Origin: Promethearchaeati archaeon
GTDB lineage: Archaea > Asgardarchaeota > Heimdallarchaeia > JABLTI01
Assembly: GCA_013166835.1 (NCBI GenBank)
Contig: JABLTI010000008.1
Coordinates: 1 to 50,058, forward strand
Length of the DNA stretch: 50,058 nt
Direction of reading: 5' to 3'
Shown here: positions 39,901 through 48,056 of the stretch, piece by piece
Layout: the number at the start of each line of letters is the position of its first letter
Position numbering within the stretch: the first letter of the stretch is position 1
Position numbers and translations under genes: made by a program
Notes under the pieces: generated by a model
Told to the model about the DNA's origin: nothing
The model's input: only the letters and a program-made list of their open reading frames with translations
The model's database searches: none

Positions 39901-41843
39901 TTGGGAAAAGATCCTATACTACAACCGCAGGTCACCCAGTAATTGTTCATGAAGATGGAAAATTAGTAGAGAAAAGAGCATCAGAAGTTAGTAAAGGTGA
40001 TATGTTCATCCTACCAAGTCTAAGACTTGATGAAGAGGATATCCAAGAAATAGATTTACTTAAAGAATTTACAAAAAATGAGTTTATTGATATTAAGGAT
40101 GACTTAATGGTTAGGGGTATTAGCTCCTTTGTGCAAACCATTGTTGATAAGTATGGACTAAAAGAGCTTTCTGAAAAACTAGCAATTAACAAGAAAACTC
40201 TCAATAATTATTACAGAGAACGAGATTCCATGCCCTTGAGTGTTTTAGAAATACTATTGAAATTTGATGAACAAACTATAATGAATATTCCCCATTGCAC
40301 TTTGGGATTCAAAAGAGATCATACTTTCATAAATCGAATTATCCCCTTTAATGATAGCTTAATGAAACTTATTGGCTATTATCTTGCTGAAGGATTTTAC
40401 CGAAAGGTTGACAAACTTAACTATCAAGTTGATTTGGCAGTGTCTGAATCTGATTTGCGTGAGGACATGCTTTCCTCAATAGCAGAGGTTTTTGGAAAGG
40501 GATTCAAACCATATATAGATTCTAATCGTATTACCATTTCTAGTCGGATAATTTATCAATTTTTCAAAAATATATTGCAATTACAGACAGGTTCTCGAAA
40601 CAAAGCAATCCCCTCATTCCTCTTAAAACTACCAAAGAATAAGATTAAGCATTTAATTAGTACTTACTTCAGTGGTGATGGTGGAGTTGATCGAAAAAAT
40701 GGAACTGTTTTATGTTCCTCTTTTAGTAAAGAACTCTTGAAGGATTTTGATTTTCTACTGTTACGCTTTGGAATATATTCAGGATACTCAAGTTATTCGA
40801 GAAATTCAAATACAGAATATAAACTTGCAATAAGAGGTGAAAATGCTCTAGCTTTTAGTGATAAAATTAGCTTCACTTCTAAAAGAAAGCAGGAATTATT
40901 GGATGGCATTGTTAAATCCAAGAAAATAAAATCACAAAAGACATACAAAAACAATCGATTACTCACTATTAAGAAGAAAGAAATTATAAAATCAAGAACT
41001 GAATTTGTCTATTCATTAAATGCAGAAAATTATCATAACATTTTGGTAAATGAGTACGTTTTGACTCATCAATGTGATGGAGACGAGGATGCTGTAATTT
41101 TAATGCTTGAAGGTTTTCTAGATTTTTCAAAACAATTTTTGCCTATAACTAGAGGAGGTTCAATGGATGCTCCTCTGACTTTGGGTTTAATACTTAATCC
41201 TCTAGAAGTTGATGATGAATCACATGCTGTGGATTGTACACGAAGATATCCTTTGGAATTTTATGAACAATCCTTCAAATTCATTGAATCGAAAAAAATA
41301 GCTCAAATCATTGATTTGATTGGTAATAGACTCGAAACTCCAGAGCAATTTGAAAATTTCTACTACACACATGAAACTTCTGATATTGGTATTGGTCCTA
41401 TCTCAACTGCATATTCGCGATTTGGAAAAATGAGTGAAAAATTAGAAGCTCAATTAGCAGTCGCTAAACTTATTCGAGCTGTTCATCTGGAAGATGTTGC
41501 AGAGCGAGTAATAAATAAACACTTCTTCCCTGATATGATAGGTTGTTTGCGTGCATTTGGCACCCAGACTTTTAGATGTGTAAGGTGTAATACGAAATAT
41601 CGAAGGTTACCACTGACTGGGAAATGCACCGCTTGTGATGACGGTGGTAAACTGCTCCTCACAGTACATAAGAAGACAATAACTAAGTATTTTGAGACTG
41701 CTAATAATCTTATAAAAACATACAAACTTTCAGAATATCTTAAACAACGATTAGAGCTTTTTAATAATTCAATAGATGAATACTTTATCAAAGAAATAGA
41801 TGATCAAAGTAGTTTGATGGACTTCTTTGGTGAGAGTACCTGA
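36927..41843 (+). CDS. polC: DNA polymerase D large subunit (DP2), intein-containing
   Basis: TEGVTAAPLEG, YFAGPIRAAGGT, GGFRIRYG, RMGRPEKA, KDGTIRFD, GLAPHTS, HAAKRRN/CDGDED and a C-terminal Zn finger; start uncertain (36879, 36927 or 36951). Confidence 0.97.
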   Translation: MEIIASDEMKAYFQRLEDEVIELYKVAEKAREKGLDPELEPEIHLAKDVAGKVEGLIEIKGIADRIRSLTLQMDRENVAFKIAQEIADGKLVGNISEEKKADLAIRAALAILTEGVTAAPLEGIAKVKIKRNEDNTRYLAIYFAGPIRAAGGTEAALTVLVSDHVRKVLGLSRYKATRQEMMRFVEEIDLYNRVMHLQSPTTTDQIETAVENLPVEVTGEKTNPEEVSAFRDLPRIETNCLRGGACLVLNDGIIGRAMKILRTVNAVGLTDWDWLKDLKATVAKAQDDQEKEEQKAKTQPSYGYIKDVISGRPIFSHPSQPGGFRIRYGHSRNTGLAGIGIHPATMKVVMEFLAPGTHIRTERPGKGSVVMPVDSIDGPIVLLKDGTVLQLDSYEQAEKYSKKIKEILFLGDLLVGFGEFLENNHPLIPSGFVEEWWVLYLESRIKSRCDNDLAIAAKTVGMTIERLRDFLNHPIATKPTQEEALSFCYELLLPLHPYYTYAWHDISFDEFFELRDQILERRITDKQKISQYSRNPKAIILDQDFSAKRFLERIGLPHRVKDGCVVIEENNLIIEHCMQLENKELDPSSIERTVEPPFEYIVPFEIKMKNPIYSGARMGRPEKAKERKMNPPVHTLYPLEMEGGGNNRLILEAGKKKKIEITVIQRECKTCSIITHLSSCPNCQRGTEVIRSCYICGVETEDTFCKECKRPTVTYNTRLVNIAQEITRVKKALGGSIPPKTKGVKKLMNRGRIPEILEKGFLRARHGLNVYKDGTIRFDSTDIPLMHFKPREVSATLEQLNKLGYTEDANGEPLTDEEQICELKIQDVVLNIDNGEFLVRVSKYVDDMLESVYGLPRFYNITRITELIGHLIIGLAPHTSSGITGRVIGFTSVKGNLAHPYWHAAKRRNCFPGDTEVLVDIEGKITRVKIKDLYENEFDNEIEEKMVLVKKQPKREIKAYSFDHSLGEVTLTNILDVIKTPAPEHLVKFHLVGKRSYTTTAGHPVIVHEDGKLVEKRASEVSKGDMFILPSLRLDEEDIQEIDLLKEFTKNEFIDIKDDLMVRGISSFVQTIVDKYGLKELSEKLAINKKTLNNYYRERDSMPLSVLEILLKFDEQTIMNIPHCTLGFKRDHTFINRIIPFNDSLMKLIGYYLAEGFYRKVDKLNYQVDLAVSESDLREDMLSSIAEVFGKGFKPYIDSNRITISSRIIYQFFKNILQLQTGSRNKAIPSFLLKLPKNKIKHLISTYFSGDGGVDRKNGTVLCSSFSKELLKDFDFLLLRFGIYSGYSSYSRNSNTEYKLAIRGENALAFSDKISFTSKRKQELLDGIVKSKKIKSQKTYKNNRLLTIKKKEIIKSRTEFVYSLNAENYHNILVNEYVLTHQCDGDEDAVILMLEGFLDFSKQFLPITRGGSMDAPLTLGLILNPLEVDDESHAVDCTRRYPLEFYEQSFKFIESKKIAQIIDLIGNRLETPEQFENFYYTHETSDIGIGPISTAYSRFGKMSEKLEAQLAVAKLIRAVHLEDVAERVINKHFFPDMIGCLRAFGTQTFRCVRCNTKYRRLPLTGKCTACDDGGKLLLTVHKKTITKYFETANNLIKTYKLSEYLKQRLELFNNSIDEYFIKEIDDQSSLMDFFGEST
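39654..41072 (+). mobile_element. Intein (473 aa) with LAGLIDADG homing endonuclease in PolD DP2
   Basis: Splits KRRN|CDGDED; starts CFPGDT, block B TTAGHP, LIGYYLAEG and STYFSGDG motifs, ends VLTHQ before the Cys+1. Confidence 0.95.
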
Positions 41844-41848
41844 TTTTT

Positions 41849-42541
41849 TTAATATCCATACTTTCCAATTAATGGAACAAAGGCTACTCCACATTGAGTT
41901 TTTGTTTTAATACTCCCATCTTCTAATTTGAATACAATTTTAAGCTCTTGGAAATAATTTTTCCCACCAACTGGAATGACCAATCTTCCACCTGGTTTTA
42001 GCTGTTCAATAAGCGGAGGAGGTATTTCAGGAGCTGCAGCCGCAACTGTAATTTTATCAAAAGGTGCTTTTTCTGGAAGTCCTATTGTACCATCCGCATG
42101 AATGACAGTTACTCTATCAGAGTATTTTGTTTTTTCTAAATTTTCTTTGGCAAAATTAACCAATTTTTCAATGCGTTCTATAGTATATACCTGTCCCCAT
42201 TTTGATTTATCAGATCCAGTTGGGGCAACAATTTCGGCGACCACTGCAGCATGATAGCCTGACCCACCTCCAACTTCTAAACATATATCACCAATTTTTA
42301 GATCTAGAACCTCTTTGCTAACCATCATAGCTACCATATGTGGTGCGGAAATCGTTTGATTGGAATAAATTGGAAGTGGTCGATCCATATATGCTAATCG
42401 CTTTGGATTTGGTCCAATAAATTCTTCTCTTGGTACCGCTCGAAATGCTCGGATAATTTCCTCTGTTTTAAGATACCCATTTCTTTTGTAATGTGCAATT
42501 AGTTCTTCTTTGCGCTCTTTTAGGCTCTGATCTTTTGTCAA
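41849..42541 (-). CDS. pcm: Protein-L-isoaspartate O-methyltransferase
   Basis: VPREEF, AYMDRPL, QTISAPHM, LEVGGGSGY, APFDKI, QLKPGGRLVIPVG and FVPLIG. Confidence 0.95.
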   Translation of the reverse strand: MTKDQSLKERKEELIAHYKRNGYLKTEEIIRAFRAVPREEFIGPNPKRLAYMDRPLPIYSNQTISAPHMVAMMVSKEVLDLKIGDICLEVGGGSGYHAAVVAEIVAPTGSDKSKWGQVYTIERIEKLVNFAKENLEKTKYSDRVTVIHADGTIGLPEKAPFDKITVAAAAPEIPPPLIEQLKPGGRLVIPVGGKNYFQELKIVFKLEDGSIKTKTQCGVAFVPLIGKYGY

Positions 42542-42627
42542 GAAAAATCCTCAATTAGTTTATGTTTTAGTGAAAAATCAATATTTCGAAGAAAAAATAG
42601 AAAATCGTGGATTTTTCACTGGAAATT

Positions 42628-43650
42628 TTACTTTCCAGATATTTCTTTAGCGATTTTCATATCTAAAGAGTAATCACCTTTCCATTCGGGATTCTTTACT
42701 TTTTTGTACCATTCAAAGGTTTCTTTTTGACCCTTTTCAAAAGGCGTCGCTTGATAATCCAAGTCAATCCTAGCATTTTCTTTACTTAGAATTAAATGTG
42801 ATTCATACATAAAAGGAAACATTAGTTTCCAATCTTCAAACTTCAATTCTTCCTTTTTCAGAATTTCCGGATCATAATGAATTATTTCGGTCTCATTACC
42901 AATTATATCGCTAAGGATTTTCACATAATTCTTTAATGTAGTAGCCACTCCTCCAGTAGCATTATAAATGCGTCCAATAGCTTTCTTATTTTCTAATGGA
43001 GCAGCAAGCAACCATGCAACATCTTTACTATATACAAAATCGGTAAGAATATCACCATGCCCTGGCATGTAGATAGGTTTTTGGTCCATAATTCGATCAT
43101 AGAAATAGAACTCCCTATACATGGGATTATATGGGCCATAAATATAGGTTGGTCGAATGATTGTCATAGGAAAATTATTTTCTTTGAAACTTTTTTTGAG
43201 TAAGGATTCAGCTCTTCTTTTGTCACGACTATATGGTATTGGACCTTCCTCAGCTTCCGAACCGGTTGGTTCGTCTTCAGAAACTGGATAATACATTAAT
43301 TTTTCTTCATCATACACACTAGCTGTACTAACCATAATATAATTCACTAATTCTTCAGGTACAAAATCTAAAATTGCTTGTATATTTTTCTCGTTAAAAA
43401 CACAAGTATCTATTATCGCTGAGAATTTCTTACTCTGTAGTGCTTTTGATATCTGATCATTGTTTGTTCGATCAGCATGTATTATCTTAACTTTTTTCGG
43501 ATAATTGTATTTTTCAGTTTTATAGAATGATGAAATTGCTTGTTCAGATTTCCCTCGATTGAGTACAGTAACTTCATGTTCTTTCTTTACAAGTAATTCA
43601 ACCAAATTTTTGCCACTAAATCTACTACCGCCAATCACTAGAATTTCCAT
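42628..43650 (-). CDS. NAD-dependent epimerase/dehydratase (atypical SDR)
   Basis: ILVIGGSRFSG, NRG, STASVY, YSRDK (YxxxK) and RPTYIYGP. Confidence 0.88.
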   Translation of the reverse strand: MEILVIGGSRFSGKNLVELLVKKEHEVTVLNRGKSEQAISSFYKTEKYNYPKKVKIIHADRTNNDQISKALQSKKFSAIIDTCVFNEKNIQAILDFVPEELVNYIMVSTASVYDEEKLMYYPVSEDEPTGSEAEEGPIPYSRDKRRAESLLKKSFKENNFPMTIIRPTYIYGPYNPMYREFYFYDRIMDQKPIYMPGHGDILTDFVYSKDVAWLLAAPLENKKAIGRIYNATGGVATTLKNYVKILSDIIGNETEIIHYDPEILKKEELKFEDWKLMFPFMYESHLILSKENARIDLDYQATPFEKGQKETFEWYKKVKNPEWKGDYSLDMKIAKEISGK

Positions 43651-43743
43651 TTTGATAACCCTTAGAAATCACAAATACAGCAAAGTAATGCTACACAGAA
43701 ATAAAATTATTGCTACATATTCTGCACTTTACTTTAACAAAGA

Positions 43744-44094
43744 TTAAAATAAAATTCCTTTAAGTTTTGTTGACGTAATTTTTATAAAATCATTTTCAAT
43801 TTCAATATCAGTAATATCATTTGAAGTAAATAGTTTCCCTAAAACTTCTTTGAAGGCGGAAGTAATGACCTCACTAATTAATTCTTTTAAAGGGTGATTC
43901 TTAGGAATAAAATTCTGAAACGTTACGAGGAGCTCTTCCATTACTTTCTCAATTGTAGCTTTATATGCTAAAGCATAAGCAATGGATTTTTGCCAAGAAT
44001 ATCTTAAATTGGATTTGAACTCATTTTCAACTCTCTTCCTTTCTTCCTCTGACATATTACAAACGTTATGATTTATTGCATTCTTAGTCATCAA
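43744..44094 (-). CDS. Hypothetical helical protein
   Basis: 116-aa ORF co-oriented with its neighbours; GAGG upstream. Confidence 0.6.
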   Translation of the reverse strand: MMTKNAINHNVCNMSEEERKRVENEFKSNLRYSWQKSIAYALAYKATIEKVMEELLVTFQNFIPKNHPLKELISEVITSAFKEVLGKLFTSNDITDIEIENDFIKITSTKLKGILF

Positions 44095-44188
44095 TAGATC
44101 CTCTTTTTAGAAGAACTCTGCTAAGAAGTAGCAAAACTGAATATTTAAATCCTAAAAATTAAATTGATTCGTGGAAAAATTACTGATT

Positions 44189-45268
44189 TCACTTTTTGCG
44201 ATCAACAAGATAATTTGCTAAGGCAACTAGGTCTTTCTTTGGTTTCTCTTTTAATGGAGGATCTGCTTTTTCTAGTGAGTTTATGGCCTCTTGAGTTACT
44301 TGCTTAATCATTTCATAAGCATTATCTAAAGCTCCGGTCTCTTTGAAGATTTTTTGCACTTCAGATATTTCACTTTCTATGAGATCTACTTTTCCATGCA
44401 ATTCAGTTAATCTCTTAATTTGATCTTTTGTTCCCTTTTTCATTGCAAAAATTCTAAGGATGGTTTGTTTGTTTTCTCGAATATCCCCGCCAACGGGTTT
44501 TCCTAATTTTTTTAGCTCTCCAAAAATACCCAAGATATCATCTTGGATTTGAAAAGCTGTTCCAATTCTGCTACAATATCCCACTAGAGCTTGTATTTGA
44601 GTTTCAGTTCCTCTTCCTAATATTGCTCCAATTTCCACGGCTTTTCTAATTAATGCTCCAGTCTTAAGATTAACCATCTTCTTGTATGTTTCCTCACTTC
44701 CATCATGGAAAATTATATCACCTGTTTCTATAATCACGCCATCAATGACTTCTCGAAAAGCTTCGGTGAATGCATGAAGAGCATTATTACTTAGTTCTGC
44801 TGGGAAACCACTTTGGATTATGCTTTCGATAGCAAAAGGAAAGCACAAATCTCCAGCGAAAATAGACATTGCTTCTCCAAAATCATTTGCCTTCTCAAAT
44901 GCTTCTTGTTGCTTTTCAGAAAAAATATCTCTGAATATAACATGAAAAGCAGGTTTCCCTCTCCTAGTTTCGTCTTTATCAATAACATCATCATGTAATA
45001 AAGAACCGTTATGTAATAGTTCAATGGAAAGAGATGCCTTGACTATGTTACCTTCTTTGTGATCCCCACCAACAGCATCAAAAGCTGTCTTCACCAAAAA
45101 TGGTCTAATCCTTTTTCCACCATTTGTTAGGTAATCCTCAAATTCGTCATAGAAAATATCGCTAAATTTACCAAGGTCTATCCGTTTCATCCCAGTATCT
45201 TTGAATAATTCAATGAGTTCTTTATGAACGGCATCCATGGTTGATTTGAGTACTAATCTAATATCCAT
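44189..45268 (-). CDS. Polyprenyl diphosphate synthase (GGPP synthase-like)
   Basis: GGKRIRP, HDDVIDKDETRRG (FARM), LKTG, FQIQDDILG (SARM) and GKPVGGDIRENK. Confidence 0.92.
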   Translation of the reverse strand: MDIRLVLKSTMDAVHKELIELFKDTGMKRIDLGKFSDIFYDEFEDYLTNGGKRIRPFLVKTAFDAVGGDHKEGNIVKASLSIELLHNGSLLHDDVIDKDETRRGKPAFHVIFRDIFSEKQQEAFEKANDFGEAMSIFAGDLCFPFAIESIIQSGFPAELSNNALHAFTEAFREVIDGVIIETGDIIFHDGSEETYKKMVNLKTGALIRKAVEIGAILGRGTETQIQALVGYCSRIGTAFQIQDDILGIFGELKKLGKPVGGDIRENKQTILRIFAMKKGTKDQIKRLTELHGKVDLIESEISEVQKIFKETGALDNAYEMIKQVTQEAINSLEKADPPLKEKPKKDLVALANYLVDRKK

Positions 45269-45388
45269 AACAAATCACTTTGAAATGCGAGGAAATATAT
45301 TTGTATCTTTCCATTATGTGAATTATATTAAACAAAATAAATACGAGTTTCGATAATTAAAATATTCGATCTCGTAAAGTGGTGGAAA

Positions 45389-46111
45389 ATGAAATTACCA
45401 ATAATATTCGGTCATCGTGGAGCATCTTCTAGTGAACCAGAAAACACCATGAGAGCATTTAATCAAGCTTTTCAGGATGGTGCAGATGGAATTGAATTTG
45501 ATGTAAGATTAACAGCTGACAATCAAATGGTAATAATTCATGATTCATTAATAAACAGAACTTCAAATGGATTTGGTCTAGTAAGAGAAAAAACATACCA
45601 AGAATTATTGGAATTCGATTTTGGAAAAGGTGAGAAAATTCCTCTTCTAGAGGATGTTTTGAAGAAATTCGGAAATCAAAAATGGCTCAATATAGAAATC
45701 AAGGAACAAGGATTTGAAAAACAGCTTTTAGAGATGCTAGACAAGCTAAATTTAAATCAAAAATATGTGATATCCTCATTTGAAATTTCTGTAATTCAGA
45801 AAATAAAAGAACTAAACAGTGAAATCCCGACAGCATTACTATATCAAGTTGTTCGAATAAATTTACAAGCTCTTATTTCAAAATCACAATGTGACGGAAT
45901 CCACCCAAAACATACATTTGTTAATAAAAGATTAATTTCAGAAGCTCGATACTATAGATTGGCTGTTCGAGCTTGGACAGTTGATAGTCAAAGAAAAGCT
46001 TGGAAACTAACAAAACTGGGAATTAATGGGATAATAACTAATAATCCGAAAAAAATGCTTTTGTATTTAAAAGAAAAACAGCAAAAAACCAAGAAAAAGA
46101 GAAAGATATAA
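45389..46111 (+). CDS. Glycerophosphodiester phosphodiesterase
   Basis: GHRGAS-x2-PENT, IEFDV, IHD, NIEIK, WTVD and GIITN. Confidence 0.93.
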   Translation: MKLPIIFGHRGASSSEPENTMRAFNQAFQDGADGIEFDVRLTADNQMVIIHDSLINRTSNGFGLVREKTYQELLEFDFGKGEKIPLLEDVLKKFGNQKWLNIEIKEQGFEKQLLEMLDKLNLNQKYVISSFEISVIQKIKELNSEIPTALLYQVVRINLQALISKSQCDGIHPKHTFVNKRLISEARYYRLAVRAWTVDSQRKAWKLTKLGINGIITNNPKKMLLYLKEKQQKTKKKRKI

Positions 46112-46187
46112 GTCACTAGAAAATGCTATAAAACAGTAAACAGTAAAATAAATAACCTAAAAGAGCTACCTATAGGTTGGATGTAAA

Positions 46188-46646
46188 ATGGAAGACATAG
46201 AAACTATCCTTTCTGATTTCTCACAATCAACAGGTGTGAATACTATTGTAGTAGCATCTCGCTCTGGAATACCTATACAAACATTCGCTCCAGATGATTC
46301 GGAAGATTTGAAGGAAGCATTAAGCGCAGCAGCATCTGGTATAATTCATATTTCTGAATATGTATCTGATCTTTTGCAATTTAAAGGAGTAAGAGACATC
46401 CAAATAAATGTACCAGGTGACAAGCACATAGTAGCGGTAAGCGCCGGGCAAAATGCTTTAGTGATGGCTGTACTTGAAGGAGAAGCTTATGTTTCACAAG
46501 CTATAACTTTAGTGTTTATAGCTCAGAAAATAGAAAGAATTTTAGCTAAAAAACCAGAATTACTCCCACCTGGAGACAAATATATTCCAGACTATGATGA
46601 AGACTTCGATGAGAATCTAATCATCCCTGATATCCCTGAAGATTAG
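46188..46646 (+). CDS. Roadblock/LC7 domain protein with acidic C-terminal tail
   Basis: Helix, GV-x3-VVASRSGIPI, helix LSAAAS, then three strands ending AGQNALVMAV. Confidence 0.8.
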   Translation: MEDIETILSDFSQSTGVNTIVVASRSGIPIQTFAPDDSEDLKEALSAAASGIIHISEYVSDLLQFKGVRDIQINVPGDKHIVAVSAGQNALVMAVLEGEAYVSQAITLVFIAQKIERILAKKPELLPPGDKYIPDYDEDFDENLIIPDIPED

Positions 46647-46697
46647 CTCAAAGAAAATAGAAGAATAAATTGATCCTTGTGCTTTTTTGTAATTTCT

Positions 46698-46988
46698 TTA
46701 AACAGCATCTCTTTCTTCTAACCCCTTCCTAAGGGGCAATCCTGATCTAGGAAATAATTCTACAAATTCTTCATAATCGCATTGTTCACAAAAAATCAAA
46801 GCCTCGCATTGCACATTGCATTTTTCTGCGCATATTTCTGGATTGACAATATTCCCATCACCAAATGGACAATCCAAATAAAAATTCAGCGAACCTTCGC
46901 AACCAGGACAAGGAGACAAGTCGAGTCTGACTCTTGCTTGAACTGTTTCGATTTTTATTTTCTGAATGATCTTTTTCTTCGTCTGCAT
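46698..46988 (-). CDS. Small Cys-rich hypothetical protein
   Basis: 8 Cys including CPGC and CEQC; AAGGAG RBS and TTTTATAT box upstream. Confidence 0.7.
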   Translation of the reverse strand: MQTKKKIIQKIKIETVQARVRLDLSPCPGCEGSLNFYLDCPFGDGNIVNPEICAEKCNVQCEALIFCEQCDYEEFVELFPRSGLPLRKGLEERDAV

Positions 46989-47224
46989 GTTTTGCGCTCC
47001 TTGGTTAGTATATTATCAAAAGGTTATATAAAAAGTTGAGAGTGATTGGTGAAAGTATTTCCAAACCCCTCTTTTCCTGTTTGTTTAAAAGGAATATTTT
47101 TTCTCAGAGGTTGCTGAAAGTATTCTGATTTTTGCAGTTTCTCACAGAAGCTTTCTTTTAAATACGAAAATTTGAGATGAATTTATAATATGTAAAATGA
47201 CTTACAATATAGAGTTGGTCGATC

Positions 47225-47878
47225 TTGAAAACGAAAAAATTTGAGCAATCCATGCAAAAAATCAAAGTGATGCTTGAAGAAGAGGATAAAATAAGAGATT
47301 CTGTCCTTCATCAACAAAGAAGGATAATTAGGGTTTGCAGTGAAGCAATTAAATCAGTACATCGAAAGGAATTTGATATTGCTGATGAAAAAATTGCTGA
47401 AGCTAAACAAATGCTCAAAGAAGTACTCACAAAGGTTAAAGGATTAAATTCGCTTGAGTGTTGGCGAGGCTTAAATGATGCAGCACAAGAGCTAGGAGAA
47501 GCGATTTTTATCAGCTCTATGATCCGTTATGATGAAATTCCCTCAGTTGAGGAATGCCAAATATCATTCACAAGTTACATGCTCGCAGCTAGTGATGCAA
47601 TTGGGGAATTAAGACGATTTATGATGGATTCCCTAAGAACAAATGATTTTGAAAACGCTCAACGAGCATTTGATTATATGAATTATTTGTACTCAGAATT
47701 AATGACTATTGACTACACAAAAATGTTGGTTGGACCTTTAAGATCGAAATTGGATGTTGCCAGAAATCTTGTAAACAGGACCAGATCTGATTTAATAAAT
47801 GCAAAACAAGCTTTAGAATTAAAAGAATCAATGTTAAATCTCTCAGATAAACTCGAAAAATTCAAGAAAAAAATATGA
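47225..47878 (+). CDS. Translin/TRAX (C3PO)-family RNA-binding endonuclease
   Basis: AI-x2-VHR, QELGEA, Y-x4-SDAIGELRR and LRSKLD. Confidence 0.88.
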   Translation: MKTKKFEQSMQKIKVMLEEEDKIRDSVLHQQRRIIRVCSEAIKSVHRKEFDIADEKIAEAKQMLKEVLTKVKGLNSLECWRGLNDAAQELGEAIFISSMIRYDEIPSVEECQISFTSYMLAASDAIGELRRFMMDSLRTNDFENAQRAFDYMNYLYSELMTIDYTKMLVGPLRSKLDVARNLVNRTRSDLINAKQALELKESMLNLSDKLEKFKKKI

Positions 47879-48056
47879 TCCAATATTTTGCGAATCAAAA
47901 TTCTTCCCTTAAATCTTGACTCGGTTTAATTATTTCTTGATTCTTTTTTCACGTTAAATATATGGATTTTAGAGAATAACTAATAAGCAAAGGAACGAAT
48001 GTACAATGTAATTTTAAACAGTAATTTACCCAATTAATGGAGAGGGAAGACAAAAT

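Noticed and set aside
13562-44180. Recurrent GTGGAAAAAT word in spacers (13562 minus strand, 18814, 44171)
   Set aside because: A-rich 10-mer that also occurs in coding sequence (about 1764) and has no consistent position relative to starts; chance cannot be excluded.
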